Counted from the stretch's first letter, positions 13,165 through 26,215 are shown. The stretch is DNA of 64,000 bases from Psammoneis japonica (GCA_008632985.1 QPGO01000011.1:248001-312000), one strand, 5' to 3'. The notes: a model not told the origin generated them from the letters alone. Program-made: numbers and translations.

Positions 13165-13190
13165 CTCTCTCTCTCTCTCTCTCTCTCTCT
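13165..13190. repeat. (CT)13 microsatellite
   Basis: Seen directly in the sequence. Confidence 0.95.
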
Positions 13191-13523
13191 CCTGCATGAC
13201 TCCACTGCCTTCTCTTTCTGTTCCACCTGACTTCCCTTCCATTTCGGCAGCTGCTTCGATGCCTGCTTCTGCTGCCCCTCATGTCTCTCACACCTCTCAT
13301 TGGGATCTTAAAACATCTCCAAGTTATGAGCACGTCGATGGAACGCATCATGAACGCATCCAAATACTCCGGTATACCAAAAGCAAATCACCATTGCGGT
13401 GCACGAACATTTTAAGAAAAAGAGAGATCTTTTTCTGTTGATGTCTTGGACTGTGCAAACGCTCGAATCATCATTGACATCACTTTTCGTAGCATAGATA
13501 TTGCTATAGCTTTTAACTGTCAT

Positions 13524-14348
13524 TTATACACGATCAGGACAACCCGTTCCCTTGATACGACCATCTTCAAGAGCCAAATCAGCTAAATTGTTGTAAGCCT
13601 TGCCATAGGCCGGACTCTGAAAGTCGTCATGGAACTGGTGATAAACCTCTGCCTGATAAAACGGAAACTTATTGGTATCATAGACGTAGACTTTCTTGTC
13701 AATGAGAGTATCAGGATCATTGCCTTTTCCCAACGCTAGCGTCAGACCATGATCAATTGCAATTTTATCAATGGCATCGTACTGTGGATGTTTTGCACCA
13801 CCTGGCAATCCAATCAAAGATCTGTACTCACTTCCCCGATCTTGTGGGTCGACACGCTGTCCGTTTCTGAAGAGATCAAAGTATGCCTTGGCAAAGTCAG
13901 GAATCGATTCTTCGGGCAGACGCAGTCCCACAACTTCACCGTGTCCCATTCTTCCGTAATCTCCAGCACCTTGAAAGTTGTGATAACACACGCGTCCCTC
14001 CTTGTCGAGACTGGTCCCTCCTGCGTATCCTGTGCGGCTCGATAGTTGAGAGTCGGATCGTTTCAATAGATCTCGCTCGGCCTGAACGAGTTCATGCTGA
14101 ATGTGCCAAAAGCAACCCACACCAAAGTACACATCTTGCTCGTCAGCGGCTGTGGCGCGTGATGGAACTCCGAAAAAGGAAACCGTGGCTGTTGTTGACA
14201 GAAAAGCTCCCAACACACCACGACGAGTGGGACCTTGGGAGGAGTGACCTCGTAGCAGAGACGACGATGGTTCGCCCCCACCGCTATAAGCCCATGAAGA
14301 TGGTGACAGCACCAACAGAGCGGCAGGAACAGCAGAAAACACTCTCAT
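13524..14348 (-). CDS. Peptide methionine sulfoxide reductase MsrA-like protein with a predicted thylakoid-lumen signal
   Basis: YFGVGCFW, GYAGG, GHGEVV, QDRGSEYRS and FYQAEVYHQ motifs. Signal peptide followed by twin-Arg TRRGVLG...ATA-A. Confidence 0.8.
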   Translation of the reverse strand: MRVFSAVPAALLVLSPSSWAYSGGGEPSSSLLRGHSSQGPTRRGVLGAFLSTTATVSFFGVPSRATAADEQDVYFGVGCFWHIQHELVQAERDLLKRSDSQLSSRTGYAGGTSLDKEGRVCYHNFQGAGDYGRMGHGEVVGLRLPEESIPDFAKAYFDLFRNGQRVDPQDRGSEYRSLIGLPGGAKHPQYDAIDKIAIDHGLTLALGKGNDPDTLIDKKVYVYDTNKFPFYQAEVYHQFHDDFQSPAYGKAYNNLADLALEDGRIKGTGCPDRV

Positions 14349-14724
14349 TGTTGTTTGGGTGACGAGTGACGAGTGACGATCGAAAATTGGGGGGTGTCGC
14401 GACGGTCGACGGGCTGACTCTCACCCCACAAACTCCGGCCGGGTTTGCCAATTTCATATATTCTATCTCCATCACGTAGATAAAGATTATATTATGCTGC
14501 GATTTCTTCTGGTTCTTGCTTTCGCTTTTTGTTTTCGAGTTCAGCGATGAGACACAACGACGTGTGTTTAGTTCGCCGCTGTTGTTGTTCTAACTACTGT
14601 TCGTACCCCCATAGCTGACTTGATCTAGATACATTCCTCCATTGATTCTAGAAGCTGGAGTTGCTCTAGATACCTCTCTTGATTTAAAGTTGACTTACTG
14701 TATTCAACGCAAGAAAGAACAAAC

Positions 14725-16026
14725 ATGAACGAAGATCATCAAGAGCCCGATTTGAGCCACACCGATTCCACCATTCGCCTTGCATCCGTCGTGCATCGGT
14801 TTCGAATGCCCATGGTGTTTGACCAGTCCAGTTTTCAACGAGCCTTCAAGACGGCAGGTAAAAGCCACGGAGTCACGACGGCAGCCATGATTCGTGCCGA
14901 CAGCACGCGTAGGGATTTGATTCGGGTGCTGCAATCCAAACGTCCCAATCATGAGCAAGTCGTGACAAAAGCTCAGGATTATGTTCCGTTGATCCAACAG
15001 ATTCTCTTTACGTGCAAAGTTCAACCCGAGTCGGCACGATTGGACGAACGTTTGTTGTTTGAATGGGCTTCGGGTGTCGAAAAGGTGGTGAAGAATGATG
15101 AAGCAGACAAGTTCGAATCGGAAGCACTCATGTATGACCTTGTCATGTCCATGGCAGCTGAGGGATTGGGACAAGCTGGATGGGCCTGCGAGGACAGCGC
15201 AGAGGGGGACTTTGCCAGTGCCAATCGGAAATTTGGAGCTGCTGCTGGTCTTTTTGAATTCTTGGAGAAGGATCATTTGCCGCAATGGGTGGCACGCGGG
15301 ACGGTGGATGAAGACAACCTTCCTATGGAAGCAACCGTTGGTGGATGTGCAGGACTCAAGCTCCTATTTTTGGCGAATGCGCAGCAAATGGCAGTTGCTA
15401 CCGTGTTGATCAAGCCGGGTACTCCAAATTATTCGCTCGTGGCCAAGCTTTGTTTGGGAGTAGCTGAGAAGTTGGAAAGCTTTGTCTCCACCATGCGCAA
15501 GGACGCCTTTCATCAAATGTCGAAAATGGACAAGGAGTTCTTCACGTTGGTGACCTTTCAAGTCAATCTACAACGTTCGCTTTCGCTTTATTTTCAGGCA
15601 CGGTCCCTGTGGGACACGGATCAAAATTATGGATTGGCGATTGCGCTTTTGAGCGAAGCTACTCAATTGATTAAAACCCGTTCCACCTCTGTCGGTACGG
15701 GCATTCCCGATTTGACAAAGACTCAAAAGCTTCACACGCTACAAGAGGACCTTGTGGACTTGAGGGCGCACATGGCCAAGGTACTAAAGACTTGGGAAAA
15801 GGACAACTCTCACGTTTACTTTGACCGTGTCCCACCCAAGGTGCCAGAGTCGGACAAGCTGGAGAAGGGACTCTTCATTGCCAAGATTAAGCCTTATGAG
15901 TTCTTTGAAGACGTCGATCCCCTGCCTCTAAGCATTCCGGACGCTTCGGATACTACCCCGGCTACCTTGACTCGGAGTGATAGTGATCTTGCAAGAGAAC
16001 TGCATGAGAAGTTGAATAACTTATGA
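14725..16026 (+). CDS. BRO1-domain protein (BROX/ALIX-like)
   Basis: Intact 433-aa ORF with FEWASG, AAGLFEFL, LANAQQM and EKDNSHVYFDRVP. UIM-like tail SDSDLARELHEKLN. Confidence 0.8.
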   Translation: MNEDHQEPDLSHTDSTIRLASVVHRFRMPMVFDQSSFQRAFKTAGKSHGVTTAAMIRADSTRRDLIRVLQSKRPNHEQVVTKAQDYVPLIQQILFTCKVQPESARLDERLLFEWASGVEKVVKNDEADKFESEALMYDLVMSMAAEGLGQAGWACEDSAEGDFASANRKFGAAAGLFEFLEKDHLPQWVARGTVDEDNLPMEATVGGCAGLKLLFLANAQQMAVATVLIKPGTPNYSLVAKLCLGVAEKLESFVSTMRKDAFHQMSKMDKEFFTLVTFQVNLQRSLSLYFQARSLWDTDQNYGLAIALLSEATQLIKTRSTSVGTGIPDLTKTQKLHTLQEDLVDLRAHMAKVLKTWEKDNSHVYFDRVPPKVPESDKLEKGLFIAKIKPYEFFEDVDPLPLSIPDASDTTPATLTRSDSDLARELHEKLNNL

Positions 16027-17200
16027 ATCTGAAGCATTGATCCGGACATGCCTCGCCGTCTATATCTTCTAGTGTTTAAATCTGGTTACAATTTTACTAT
16101 TTGCGTTGTACTGTGCATTGAGATATTGTGGCAAACCGAGTCTCTCGGATATTGAGGTTCTAGGGCATGGCGTGTCGTTACAAGCAAGGGGTCAATCTTT
16201 CGCATCTATTTATGTGTTGAGTTACGTGTTTTGGGAGTGACAACACAAGGAGAATGAGGTAGGGTAAGCTGACAATGTTGAGCAGTTATGGAGCTTGTTT
16301 TGTCACTACACAATGGCACCAAGCTTCTTCTGTTTCTACTGTGTCTCTACCATGTGAAAAGCATGCATGCAACTCAATGCTAAAGGTTGTTTCATGATTT
16401 GGTTGATGCAATTCTGATGCAATGAGACGACTCGGATGAATGATGAGTGTGTGGGACTGTGGAGATTGAGAAGTCGCGCAGAGCGATGCATGCCCATTTT
16501 TGTAGAATGCTGCATCTCTCGAAAGCACATTTGAAACCTGTCATGTGCACTGCAACACCTGCAACATGGATGTCTTTTTGTTTCACTGGTTGAGGCAGCT
16601 CCAAGTCTCTCACAAAGCTCCTCGTGCGGGTGGGTGTGGTGACCCTGGTGTCTGGGGGTGCAGAGACTGTGTGTCCCTTTGAATTGGTGTGAGCATCTGG
16701 CACCACTTTGGTTGTGTGTTTTGCAAGCTGATCAGCGGCACTTGTTGCCCACTGCACAGTGCTTGCACTTGATGGTGGTGCACCCCCTGCAAGTCAAAAC
16801 AATCCATTTGACACATGCTTTGCTGTCAAACAAAAAAGCACCATGCAGACATTGAAGGATGCCAAATCTTTGAGAACTCTTGCTGCAGCTCATCTGGCAA
16901 AAACCACGACAATTGGAGCTGTGGAAAAGCCAATGCACTCCCATTTTTTTAATCACTTGGTGGGCAGAATGGTTGCCTTGCTTGAGCTGTGCTGCAAAGT
17001 TTGGTGTGGCATTTGCCAAAATGCTGCTGCATTGGAAAATGTGACAAACTCAACTGGTCATTGAACTTGCTTCCCTGCTCACTGCTGCAGTGCTCTGGCA
17101 TGCTTTTTAGAAGTTGCCATTGCCCCTCAACTGGTCAAATCATCAAGTCCAATCCAGCATTGACAAGAAGATGTGCGCAGCTTGCTCACATTGGTTTTCT
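15930..17200 (+). repeat. Copy A of a diverged direct repeat (BRO1 3' end + intergenic + CMS1)
   Basis: Aligns by eye to about 47035-48340. Shared blocks include acaaggagaatgagg.agggtaagctg and ttgaaggatgccaaatctttgagaa. Confidence 0.9.
16559..17200 (-). pseudogene. Decayed CMS1 copy
   Basis: DAHTNSKGHTVSAPPDT...FVRDLELPQPVKQKD here, against HTNSKGYTVSTLPDT...FVRDSVLPQLVKRKD in the intact gene. Frameshifts present, TpA and CpG largely lost. Confidence 0.9.
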
Positions 17201-19035
17201 CTTTTTGGCTTTCTTCCACTCATTTCAGCAGCTTGTGCTGCTGGGACTCATGATGTTGGTTTTCTCTTGAAGCTTTTTCTACTCATTTTTGCAGCTTTTT
17301 CATGCTGGAGCAGTGGGGCATCATTTCACCAGCTTGGATGCATGCTTTTTGGTTGGGCAAACAACCAACAACAGCAACAAGCAGTGTTCTGAGCAATTTG
17401 AAGAGGAGCAAGTGTTTCTGGAGCACAGCACAAAGGAACAGTTTGATGTCACCTTCAATCCACTGTGTGCAGCAAATGGTGCTTGAGAGCACCCCTCATG
17501 TTTGCCCCTGACAACCCAGACAATTGGAGCACAGCCACCATCTCAACTCTTTTGTTGACTGCAAAGCACCATGCTTTCAGAATTGTTTGTTTGGGTGCAC
17601 ACAATGCAAGCCCTCTTTTCCCTGTTCAGCACACAAAAGACAGCTCCTCTTGGTTCCTTGTCAATGGAAGAAACAACTTGTTCCCACATCCAGTCTGTGG
17701 GTCAATGGCATTGGCACACACAAGCACTTCTTGACAAGCAAGTTTTGGTCATTTTGAGAAATTTCCACCAGATTCAAACAAGTGGCTTAGCTTGGTTTGT
17801 GGTTTGAAAACAACACCTCTGTTGAGGAATGAAACACAGCAGCAAATGACAAGAAGGTCAAGAGCAAGGTGGGCATCTAGCACAGGTGCCTTCATGGCAC
17901 ACAAGTGACAGCACCATCTCATGCCTGTCTGGAGTGGCAACAAAGAGCTTCTTTGTGCCTTCCTTTGCATGTGACACCATTGCTGAATTGTGACTCACAT
18001 TTTGCTAAAAGTCTTTGTTGCTTCATGAACAGCCAACTGGCTGCTTGATTGCTCTTTTGTCTGCTGCCTCCACATCACAGCCATCACAGCCACTGCTGCC
18101 ACACCCTGTCACCCTCTTCTCAGCAGCTGGCTGAAATTTTTGAAAATGTCCCACAGTCATTTTTTTTTCTTGCAGCTTGAAAAAAACACACTTCTGTGTC
18201 TGCCTGTCAGCCATCTTGGAGCACAGAGTGTGAGTGGATTTTCCAAGCAGGTCTTTGGAAGTGAAGACAATGTTCAAGAGCAAATTGCCGCCACTGCTCA
18301 AGGGCACAAGGACACTGGAGGGCATGTGGTCAACCCCTGCATTGACTCAGTGATGCATGATTGAAAAGATGCAAGAAGTGCTCTTGGAGGTGCAGTCATG
18401 AAAAAAACTCAGGGTGGTGGTGGTGGTTGTTCCAACATCACTGCTGCCAGGCTTTGCCTCAGATGCACCACAACCATCATGCCTCAAGCAGAAGGTGTTG
18501 GGACAAGTTGGAAGACGGGAGATTCAGGAAACCCACAAATGTTGAAGAAAGATGTTGTTGCTGCTTGCATGGTGGAGGATGTGGTGACTCACAGAATGCA
18601 AAGTTGATTGTTGCCAATCCGGCCCATCTGTGTTGTTGTTCTTGCTCTTTGGGGTGAATCATTTGGTTTGTCAAGAATGTGCAATCATGTCACATTGGCA
18701 TCACCAGGTGCCTGTTGCATTTGAAGTTTGAAGTTTGCATGACTGAAATTCGCGGGCAACCCACAGCCGCAAATGCAGCCAAGGCAAGCACAACAAGAGC
18801 ACAGGAAGCCCAACAGGATTGCCATTTGGGCAATGGTGCCATTGACTTGCTGGTTCCACATTCACTCCAAAGAGTCAACAGCACAACTGTGTTGGTGCTT
18901 GAAGATGCATTGCCATCTGCAGCTGGCTGGTTGTTGAGTGCCTGCACAATGAGCAGCAAAGGAAGAAGCAGAAATGACCATCACGGCCAAGGACATGGCT
19001 GAGGCAAAGGTGACAAGAGCCACAGGTCTTCTCAA

Positions 19036-21611
19036 GTGAAGAAGAAGACCACTGCTGAGAAGCATTTTCAGCCTGAGATAAAGTTTCGCCCTTCATCACT
19101 GAACAGCAACTCTTTGATGCAACACATGAAGACATCAAGGGGAAAGATTGTGGGGTGCACGCAGAAGGAGTGCACTCAAGGCACACACCTGGTAAGGTCT
19201 CTTGAAGATGTGGAGTGCAAGGCCTTCAGTCAAGAAGAGCCAAAGCTGGGAATGATCACAATGGCAGTGCCAGGAGATGACAACACGGGCTGCCAGACAA
19301 AGCTGCTGCTGAGACAACAAAAGGAAAAGGAGCTGGAGCTCCATTTCAAGGCAAAGTTTCACAAGTGCAATGACAACAAAGTGAGACAGTTTGAGGAGAA
19401 CAAGACCACAGCTTTTGCCAAGATGGTGAGAAACTGCTGCACCAAGCAAATGAAGCAGAGAGTGCAAGCTGATCATTCTTTCTGCACAGCAATTGGGGAC
19501 AATCTGATCAAGCCATTGAGGCCAATCCAATCACTTGCTTTTTGCTCCATGAGAGGTCAACACCTGGATGTAAAACAACAAGAGATCATGAGCAATTGAA
19601 CAACTGCTTGTCAAGATTCAAGAACCAACAAGATGCCGCAAGTGAGAGTCTCAGCAAGAAGATGCTGGATGAATTTGTCAAGAACACCAAGGAGTGCAAG
19701 GATGGTGCTGCAAGAGTGTGAGGGGATGAGGCTTTTTGGCCCCTGCAAGTGCACTGCTGCACCCCTCACTGACACACATGTGAGGCCAGTCTGGCCTCAG
19801 GACAAGGCATCAAAGACTTTGAGTTTGTGGGAAAACATGGAGACAACCTTGTTCGTGATGCTGGTTGGAGTGCAGCAGCAGACAACAAAGAAAACAACAA
19901 CAATGAAAGTGACAGCAACAGCAACAGCAACAGCAAAGATGAAAACAAGTGTGATGATGACAACTGCAGGACCAAATCAGAGCTGGAAGATGAAGAACAT
20001 GCAGAAGAGCCTGACCCAGAAGGTGAGCATGAAGAAGCAGACAAAATGCTGGGGCAGGCAAAAGGTCCAGCCCCAATCAACCACACAAGGACCACAGCTG
20101 TGAAGAATCAGAAGACCATGAAGAGTCAGACAAAGATCCAGAAACAGGCAAGCCATTCACTGGGAACAGGAGTGGACAACAGAAACTGCTGCACAAGGCA
20201 GATGAGTTGCCAGGCAGGAGGAGTGACAAGAAGTGGCGCAAAATTTGGCACATCCCACAAAACATGAGGTTGTGAGAACACAGAGAAAAGAGAGTTTGAT
20301 TTGCAGGAGTGACAGACAAAGCAATGGAAAAGATGTGCAGAGAGCTCAAGCTCTGCCATTGCTTGAGAACCAATGTGAGCCCAAATCCAGAGAATGACCA
20401 ACACACAGCTGCAGGAATGGCGCTGGCACAATTTGTGTGTGAGATCAACAACTGACTCTGATTGGAAAGGGTGTTTCCTTCACCCAACAGTGCCTTCTGC
20501 ACAAAGGGCTGAAAGCAACATTTGGCCAGAGAAGATGCTGTTGAGCCTCCAAGAAAGAGGTGAGACAGCTGCACAACAGAGTGTGTTTTGCAACAATCTC
20601 AGCAGAGATGTGGTTGTGGAAAAGGGGAAGAGAGTCCTCTGCATCCAAGTCATCAAAGCAACACACAGAATGTTGATTGTGTCCTTGCCATGGCACAAGC
20701 AGTTCTGCAAAGACTTTGGAGAAGATTGGGTTTAATGGCAAATGGCACACCGTGCATTTTCATGTGGATGACCAGATGTCAAGTCACAAGAATCCCAAGG
20801 TCAATGACAAACATTTGAGCTGGCTAAAGAACATGTGTGGAAGCCATGGCAAGGTTGTTGCAACAGGAGGGAAGAAGTGTGACTGCCTTGGGATGACACT
20901 GGACTTCAGCAACAAGGGCAAGGTGAAGGTTGATGTGACTGACTGTGTTCGCCAGATGATTGAATGATTCCCAGAAAAGATCAAAAGTGCTGATGCTGCC
21001 ATGATGCCAGCAGGGGAGAACCCATTTGAAACAGGTGGCACTGGATCACCAGCCAAGAAAGCAAAGACACTTCACGCATGGGTGGCCAAAGGACTGTTTG
21101 TGTCCAAGAGAGAGGCTGCATGGATGCACACCCGACCATTGCAGCACTGTGCATGCAGGTCAAAGGACAAACTGACAAGGATGGGGAGAAAGCCAGTCCA
21201 TCATCTTGATCAATTGAACCAGACAAGAAATGAAATTGCTGCGCTGAGCACAAAGGACCTCCAAGTCATCAAGTGGTGCAGCACAGATGCATTGTTCTTT
21301 GCAGCGCATGTGGATTTCAAGAGCCACACCAGAGGAGTTGTGACCATGGGCAATGGAGCTGCACAGGCTGCGTCAAAAGTGACAGAAGCTCAACACCCAA
21401 AGAAGCACAGAAACTGAGCTGGCAGGAGTCATTGACAACATGACTGCAACGCTGTGCCTGGAAAAGTTGTTCATGAAGTGCCAAGGCCATCCAATTGACA
21501 AAAACATCCTCTGCCAGAACAACAAGAGCACCATGCCATTGGAGACTGATGGGTGCGTGAATGCAGGAATGAGATCCAGAGCACTCAACATTTGGCATTT
21601 CTTTGTCACTG
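19036..21611 (+). mobile_element. Decayed Ty1/Copia (CoDi-like) LTR retrotransposon: gag, linker, RT, RNase H; integrase mostly missing
   Basis: gag FEENKTTAFAKMVRNCCTKQMKQRV; RT VEKGKRVLCIQVIKA, FHVDDQMSSH and DCLGMTLDFS; RNase H DFKSHT, NILCQNNKST and RSRALNIWHFFVT. LTRs not identified. Confidence 0.9.
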
Positions 21612-21788
21612 GCCTTGTAAAGACCGACAAGGGGAGATGACCTCATCACCCATTGATGGCGCATCGGGAAGTCACCCCCCGCTCTGCCTCCATTGAACGC
21701 ATCTAAGTTGGCGTCTGGAAGCAAGCTGCTGTTGCTCATTCTTCCAAAGAGCTTCAGCAGCAAGCCAAATGGACAGTCTAAAAGCGCT
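21612..21788 (+). repeat. Split direct repeat A1
   Basis: Matches 26844-27022 (gcct.gtaaagaccgacaagggg...gacagtctaaaagcgct). Confidence 0.95.
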
Positions 21789-21805
21789 GTTGTGTTCGGC
21801 GGAGG

Positions 21806-24130
21806 ATGCCATCCGCCGCTGCATCTACAAAGCTCGCAGGATTGTCACACGTTGTGAATCAAGACGGAAACATCGGAAACAATCCGCCGCCGGATGCCGC
21901 TGCAGCGGCACAACAACCTGGGGGCGGACAAAATCAACAACCGATTCCGGCGGCCAACAATGCCCAGAACGTGCCGCCAGCACCGGTGCATCCAGTGGCT
22001 GGCAGTGCCAGGAGCAGCAGCACAACCAGCCGCAGCGCAGGCAGGACAAGCCCCTGGAGCACCACCACAACAGCCACCACCCCAAGTGCCACCCGTGCCG
22101 CCAGCAGGTCCCGCGGGGCAGGGCATTCCAGCACCACCAGCAGCAACCCGCACTTGTCGGGATTGCCACACTCGCATGCCATCAAGGATTCACACGCCGG
22201 TGACTGTGCGGAAATCATGCAGGACTTCATGGTCCCACCACAAGGACAGTCACGCTGTGACCCTGACATGCTGAGAAACCGAGTTGGGGCAGCTTCATCA
22301 CACGATTTGCCTGTGGCTCTTGTGCAGCACTGCCGGGTGCCAGGAGGTGACGACATTGGAGTCATGCAGGTGCTCCATTGCACAACCCAGCACCCAATCA
22401 CGGCAGCAGGACCAGCACAACCGTGGGACGGACAATTTTTTGCGCTCGCAGGCGACCTGACGATGGGACAACACCAACTTGCACCCATCGCTAATGATGC
22501 ATTCCAGTTGGCCCAACACGGCACATGGGTGCCGACCGACGTGGCGCTGCAAGCCCACATTGTTGCAACCCCGGAAGGATTGCATCCACAAGTGCAGCCA
22601 AATGACCCAGATGCTGTTGAGGTCAGGACGCGGAACACCATGATGGTGCCATTCGCGTCTGTTAATCTCTTGCTTTCAATGCCGTTGATGCCGAAGCAAG
22701 CATTTGCCCGGGTGCTGGGAGCTGTCACAGCTGCCAATGCAGTCAACGAATGCAGGCCACTTCTGGATTTTTTGAAAGTAGCATGCTGCGCAACAGCGTG
22801 GGACCAACACACATCCGAAGTGGTGCAAGCATGGCCAACGATGGCGCAACCACCCAACGAAGTGCCAACTCGTTTCTTCAATGCGATGGTGCAGCGCGAT
22901 CTTCCGAACCGCGCAGGCCAACTGCTGCAACCGCGCCAGTTTGAACCAGTGGTCACTGCCATCGAGAGCTTAACAGCAGAGCAGCGCCAACAACGTTTAG
23001 ATGCGGAAGCGCGCCAACAGGCGGCATCGCACGGCAAAACACCGACGGAGTTCTGCGGGGAGTTTGGCATGGCCAAACTCATGCATTTGTGCCAGGTGCA
23101 TCATGAAGCCAACCTGCCACCACTCTGGGCGCAACTGGCGGCCTCTCCCAAGACCGGTTGAATCGCCGCCGTCCAGAATGCAATCGATGAGCAACGGCAA
23201 GCACACCACGTGTACTTCAATGTGCCGGTGACCGTAAATCTGGTCACAAAACTTGCCCAAGTCGACTTTGCCGGGCACAACAAGGACAAGTTAACTCAGG
23301 GAATCACCCCTTTTTTGTTCAGCATTGCTGCACCAGAACAAGCCAAGCAGACCGCCTGTCGCAACTCTGTGCATCAACAGATTCATGGAGGCGATGGTGC
23401 ACCTTCGCTGGCAGACACGCGAGTGTTGGAAGCCCCCGGCGATGCCATGGTGGCTGCTGCGATCCAGGCGGTTCAACAGTCTTTCGATGGGTTGCGCATC
23501 ATCCTCTCTGCAGCCTTTGGCACAGCACATCCACTGGCACAGTGGTTGACTCACATGCACCAGTCCATGGACGTCCAAGCGAATGATTTGGCGGTGCAAG
23601 TGGTGTCGCACCCGACGTCACCAGCGGACCTACAATGTTGCGCGCAGGCAAAGATGTGCCATTGGTTTCAAGCACAGACGTGCTCACAAAACCCTGTCCC
23701 ACTCCAACCACTCCCAGTGGTGGCTGAGGCCGCACAAGGCGCCTGCCATTGGCGTCTCGACTCACCGACGTCTGTCCTTCAACCGCCCACGACACCACGT
23801 TCGCAGACCTCTGTGCAGTCACCGCCTGGACCAAGCCGCATAAATGCGCCAGGCGACAATTCTGTCGTCCGTAACGAACAGTGCGACGAGTGCTTCACGG
23901 TCTTGCGGGACCGTCCCAATGTACGTTCTCGCACCGTCAAGCAGTGCTGCGCCCGTGACAACATTGCCTTGCCTGTGGATTCCCAAGGGGCGCCTCGTTG
24001 TCTTCCACACCATTTCATTGGACAGTGCAACAACAACTGCGGATCAAGGGCCAATCATCACCATGACCACATGGAGCAGGAGCAGGTCGACCTTCTCGCG
24101 TGGGGTGCGCAACATTGGAAGACCGAACAG
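21806..24130 (+). pseudogene. Ngaro ORF1 (gag-like) with a C-terminal Cys/His finger
   Basis: Long Tyr-poor reading frame broken by TGA at 23159-23161, ending RCLPHHFIGQCNNNCGSRANHH. Confidence 0.7.
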
Positions 24131-24289
24131 GTCATCGGCAATGGCTCCTGCTCGGGGACATGGAACCAAGAGCCACTTCCCACATGGGCACACAAGCCCA
24201 TGCATCCACAACCCCTGCAAGTGGAGTCTAGGAAACGGCGCTTCAGCCCCACAACAGGTGGACAGGATGTGGCCGCATCAGTGCTGACT

Positions 24290-26215
24290 GACAAATCAGG
24301 CAAGCAAATTACACGCGATGCACAATCATTGCGCCTTAGAGGCCTCAGTTGCTTGTTGCGTCTGTGCAGTGGTGGAGGTGACTGGGGACCATTGGTGACA
24401 ACGCGACAGCATGCAGCACACCAAGTGCTCACCAGCTGCAAATGTTGAGGTGCACCGGTCACTGTTGCAGACGCGCCATGGTCCAACACTGAGCTCCAAG
24501 GTAGCATCGCTCGAGGACCACACAAGTCCGCCTACGAACACATCGAGTTTTTGCGCAAAGACATGTCTGACTATGTCGACAAGGGTTTCTGGGTGGTTGT
24601 CCCACATGACAACGTCAAAAAATGAACCCAATCTACGGCTGAGCCCTGTCGGCAGCGTGGTCCCTCAACACGCACGTAGACCACGACCGATTGTGGACTG
24701 CACATTCTACGGTGTTGACCCTTCCACACAGCCAAACGTGCCAATGGAATCCATGCAGTTCGGGCGCACGTTGGACCGCATCCTTCAGCGCGTTCTCCTC
24801 GCCAATCCAAACAAAGGCCGCATCTGTCTCATGAAGATTGACTTGGCTGATGGCTTCTGCCACATGCAGCTGGCGCCAGAGCAAGCACCCACACCAGGTG
24901 TGGTTTTTCCCCGCCTTCCCGGAGAACCCCCCCCCAGTGGCCATGCCCACTTGGCTGCCCATGGGATGGTCCAACTCACCACCGGCATTTAGTGCGGCAA
25001 CCAAGACGGTCACCGACATTGCCAATCACCAGCTCATGTGCAACCATCGGGCACCGCACCACCCACTCGAACCTCATCTTGCCAGCCGTCCACCAAAGCA
25101 CCACGCCATCACTGCTGACGTGAATCCGTCTGTCGCTGTCCCAGTGCCAGACACGCCGGATCAACACCTCGCGCACCACCGCCAGTGGCACCTCCAATGT
25201 GTTGACATCTACATTGATGACTTTGTTGGCGAAGCCCAAGGCTCCAAACAATCGCCATGCAATGTGCATCGCACGATCATGCGTGCCATTGACGATGTGT
25301 TCCGTCCACTTGACGACCAAGACCACCCCAGTTGCAAGGAGCCAATCTCAGTCAAAAAGCTCTGCAAAGGCAACACCACTTGGTCAATGCAGAAGGAGGT
25401 CCTGGGGTGGATCATTGACACTTTGTCCATGACCATCTGCCTTACGCCGCGACGCCGCGAGCGCCTCCGCACCACGCTGTATGAAGAGTTTCCCCGCCAT
25501 CGCAAGCGGGCAGCACTTGGCGACCTGCACAAGCTTCTTGGCGAACTGCGATCCCTCACGCCCGGCATTTCCGGGTCTCGCAATCTGTTCTCCGAACTCC
25601 AGGAAGCCTTGCTCCACACTGGGCCAGACGGGTGAGTTCGTCTTGCCCGCAACTTTCACGACATCTTGGATGATTTTCGGTTGTTGTGCCGCAGGCTCGA
25701 CCTCCGCCCCACCCGTGTCCAAGAACTTGTCCCCCCTTTTGCCTGCTGTCACAGGCTGCCATGATGCAGCCGGTCATGGCGCAGGGGGGGGTCCTTCTCC
25801 CTGCGCCGTCAGCAGTCGCACGCAGCACCACGCTGCGTCACTCCACTGCGCACCGCCGGAGACCACAACACAATGCCGGACCTGTTGTCTGGCGCATGAA
25901 TTTCCCTCGGGCAGTCATCGACCGACTGTCCACCTTTAAGAATCCCCGCGGCCCTGTTGCCAACACCGACTTGGAGTTGGTTGGTGGCATTGTGCAATCC
26001 TGTGCCGGGGCAGACTGTTTCGACGTTCGAGAGCGCATGGTGCTCAACCGCGCGGACAACACCGGCACTCTCTTTCGTCAACGCAAGGGCTCCACCACCA
26101 CTGCAAAGGTTGCAGCACCCCTCCTCCGACACCAAGGTCACCACCAACGTTTCCACCACTGCCTGTTGCTCCACGATCATTTGCCGGGACTGTTGAACAC
26201 CGCTGCGGATGAATC
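24290..26215 (+). pseudogene. Ngaro reverse transcriptase + RNase H
   Basis: RPRPIVDC, KIDLADGF, LPMGWSNSPPAF, YIDDF, KEVLGWIIDT, HDAAGHGAGG, NTDLEL and HLPGLLNTAAD. Frameshifted. Confidence 0.9.

Larger units (their letters stand above)
9283..13310. mobile_element. Unclassified decayed repeat/TE block, TpA- and CpG-depleted
   Basis: Near absence of TA and CG dinucleotides, internal tandem repeats, and no recognisable intact domain. Confidence 0.55.

Noticed and set aside
12098..13312. gggttcttaaa (~12100) and gggatcttaaa (~13302) as element termini
   Set aside because: Only an 11-bp imperfect match, with no matching opposite end or TSD found.
15930..17200. The flanking duplication as LTRs or a target-site duplication of a giant transposon
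   Set aside because: It consists of host gene sequence, is about 1.3 kb and strongly diverged, and no TIR or transposase for the whole island was seen.
21934..23082. 382-aa minus-strand ORF within the Ngaro element
   Set aside because: Antisense shadow of the gag frame, kept open by GC richness and stop-codon erasure.
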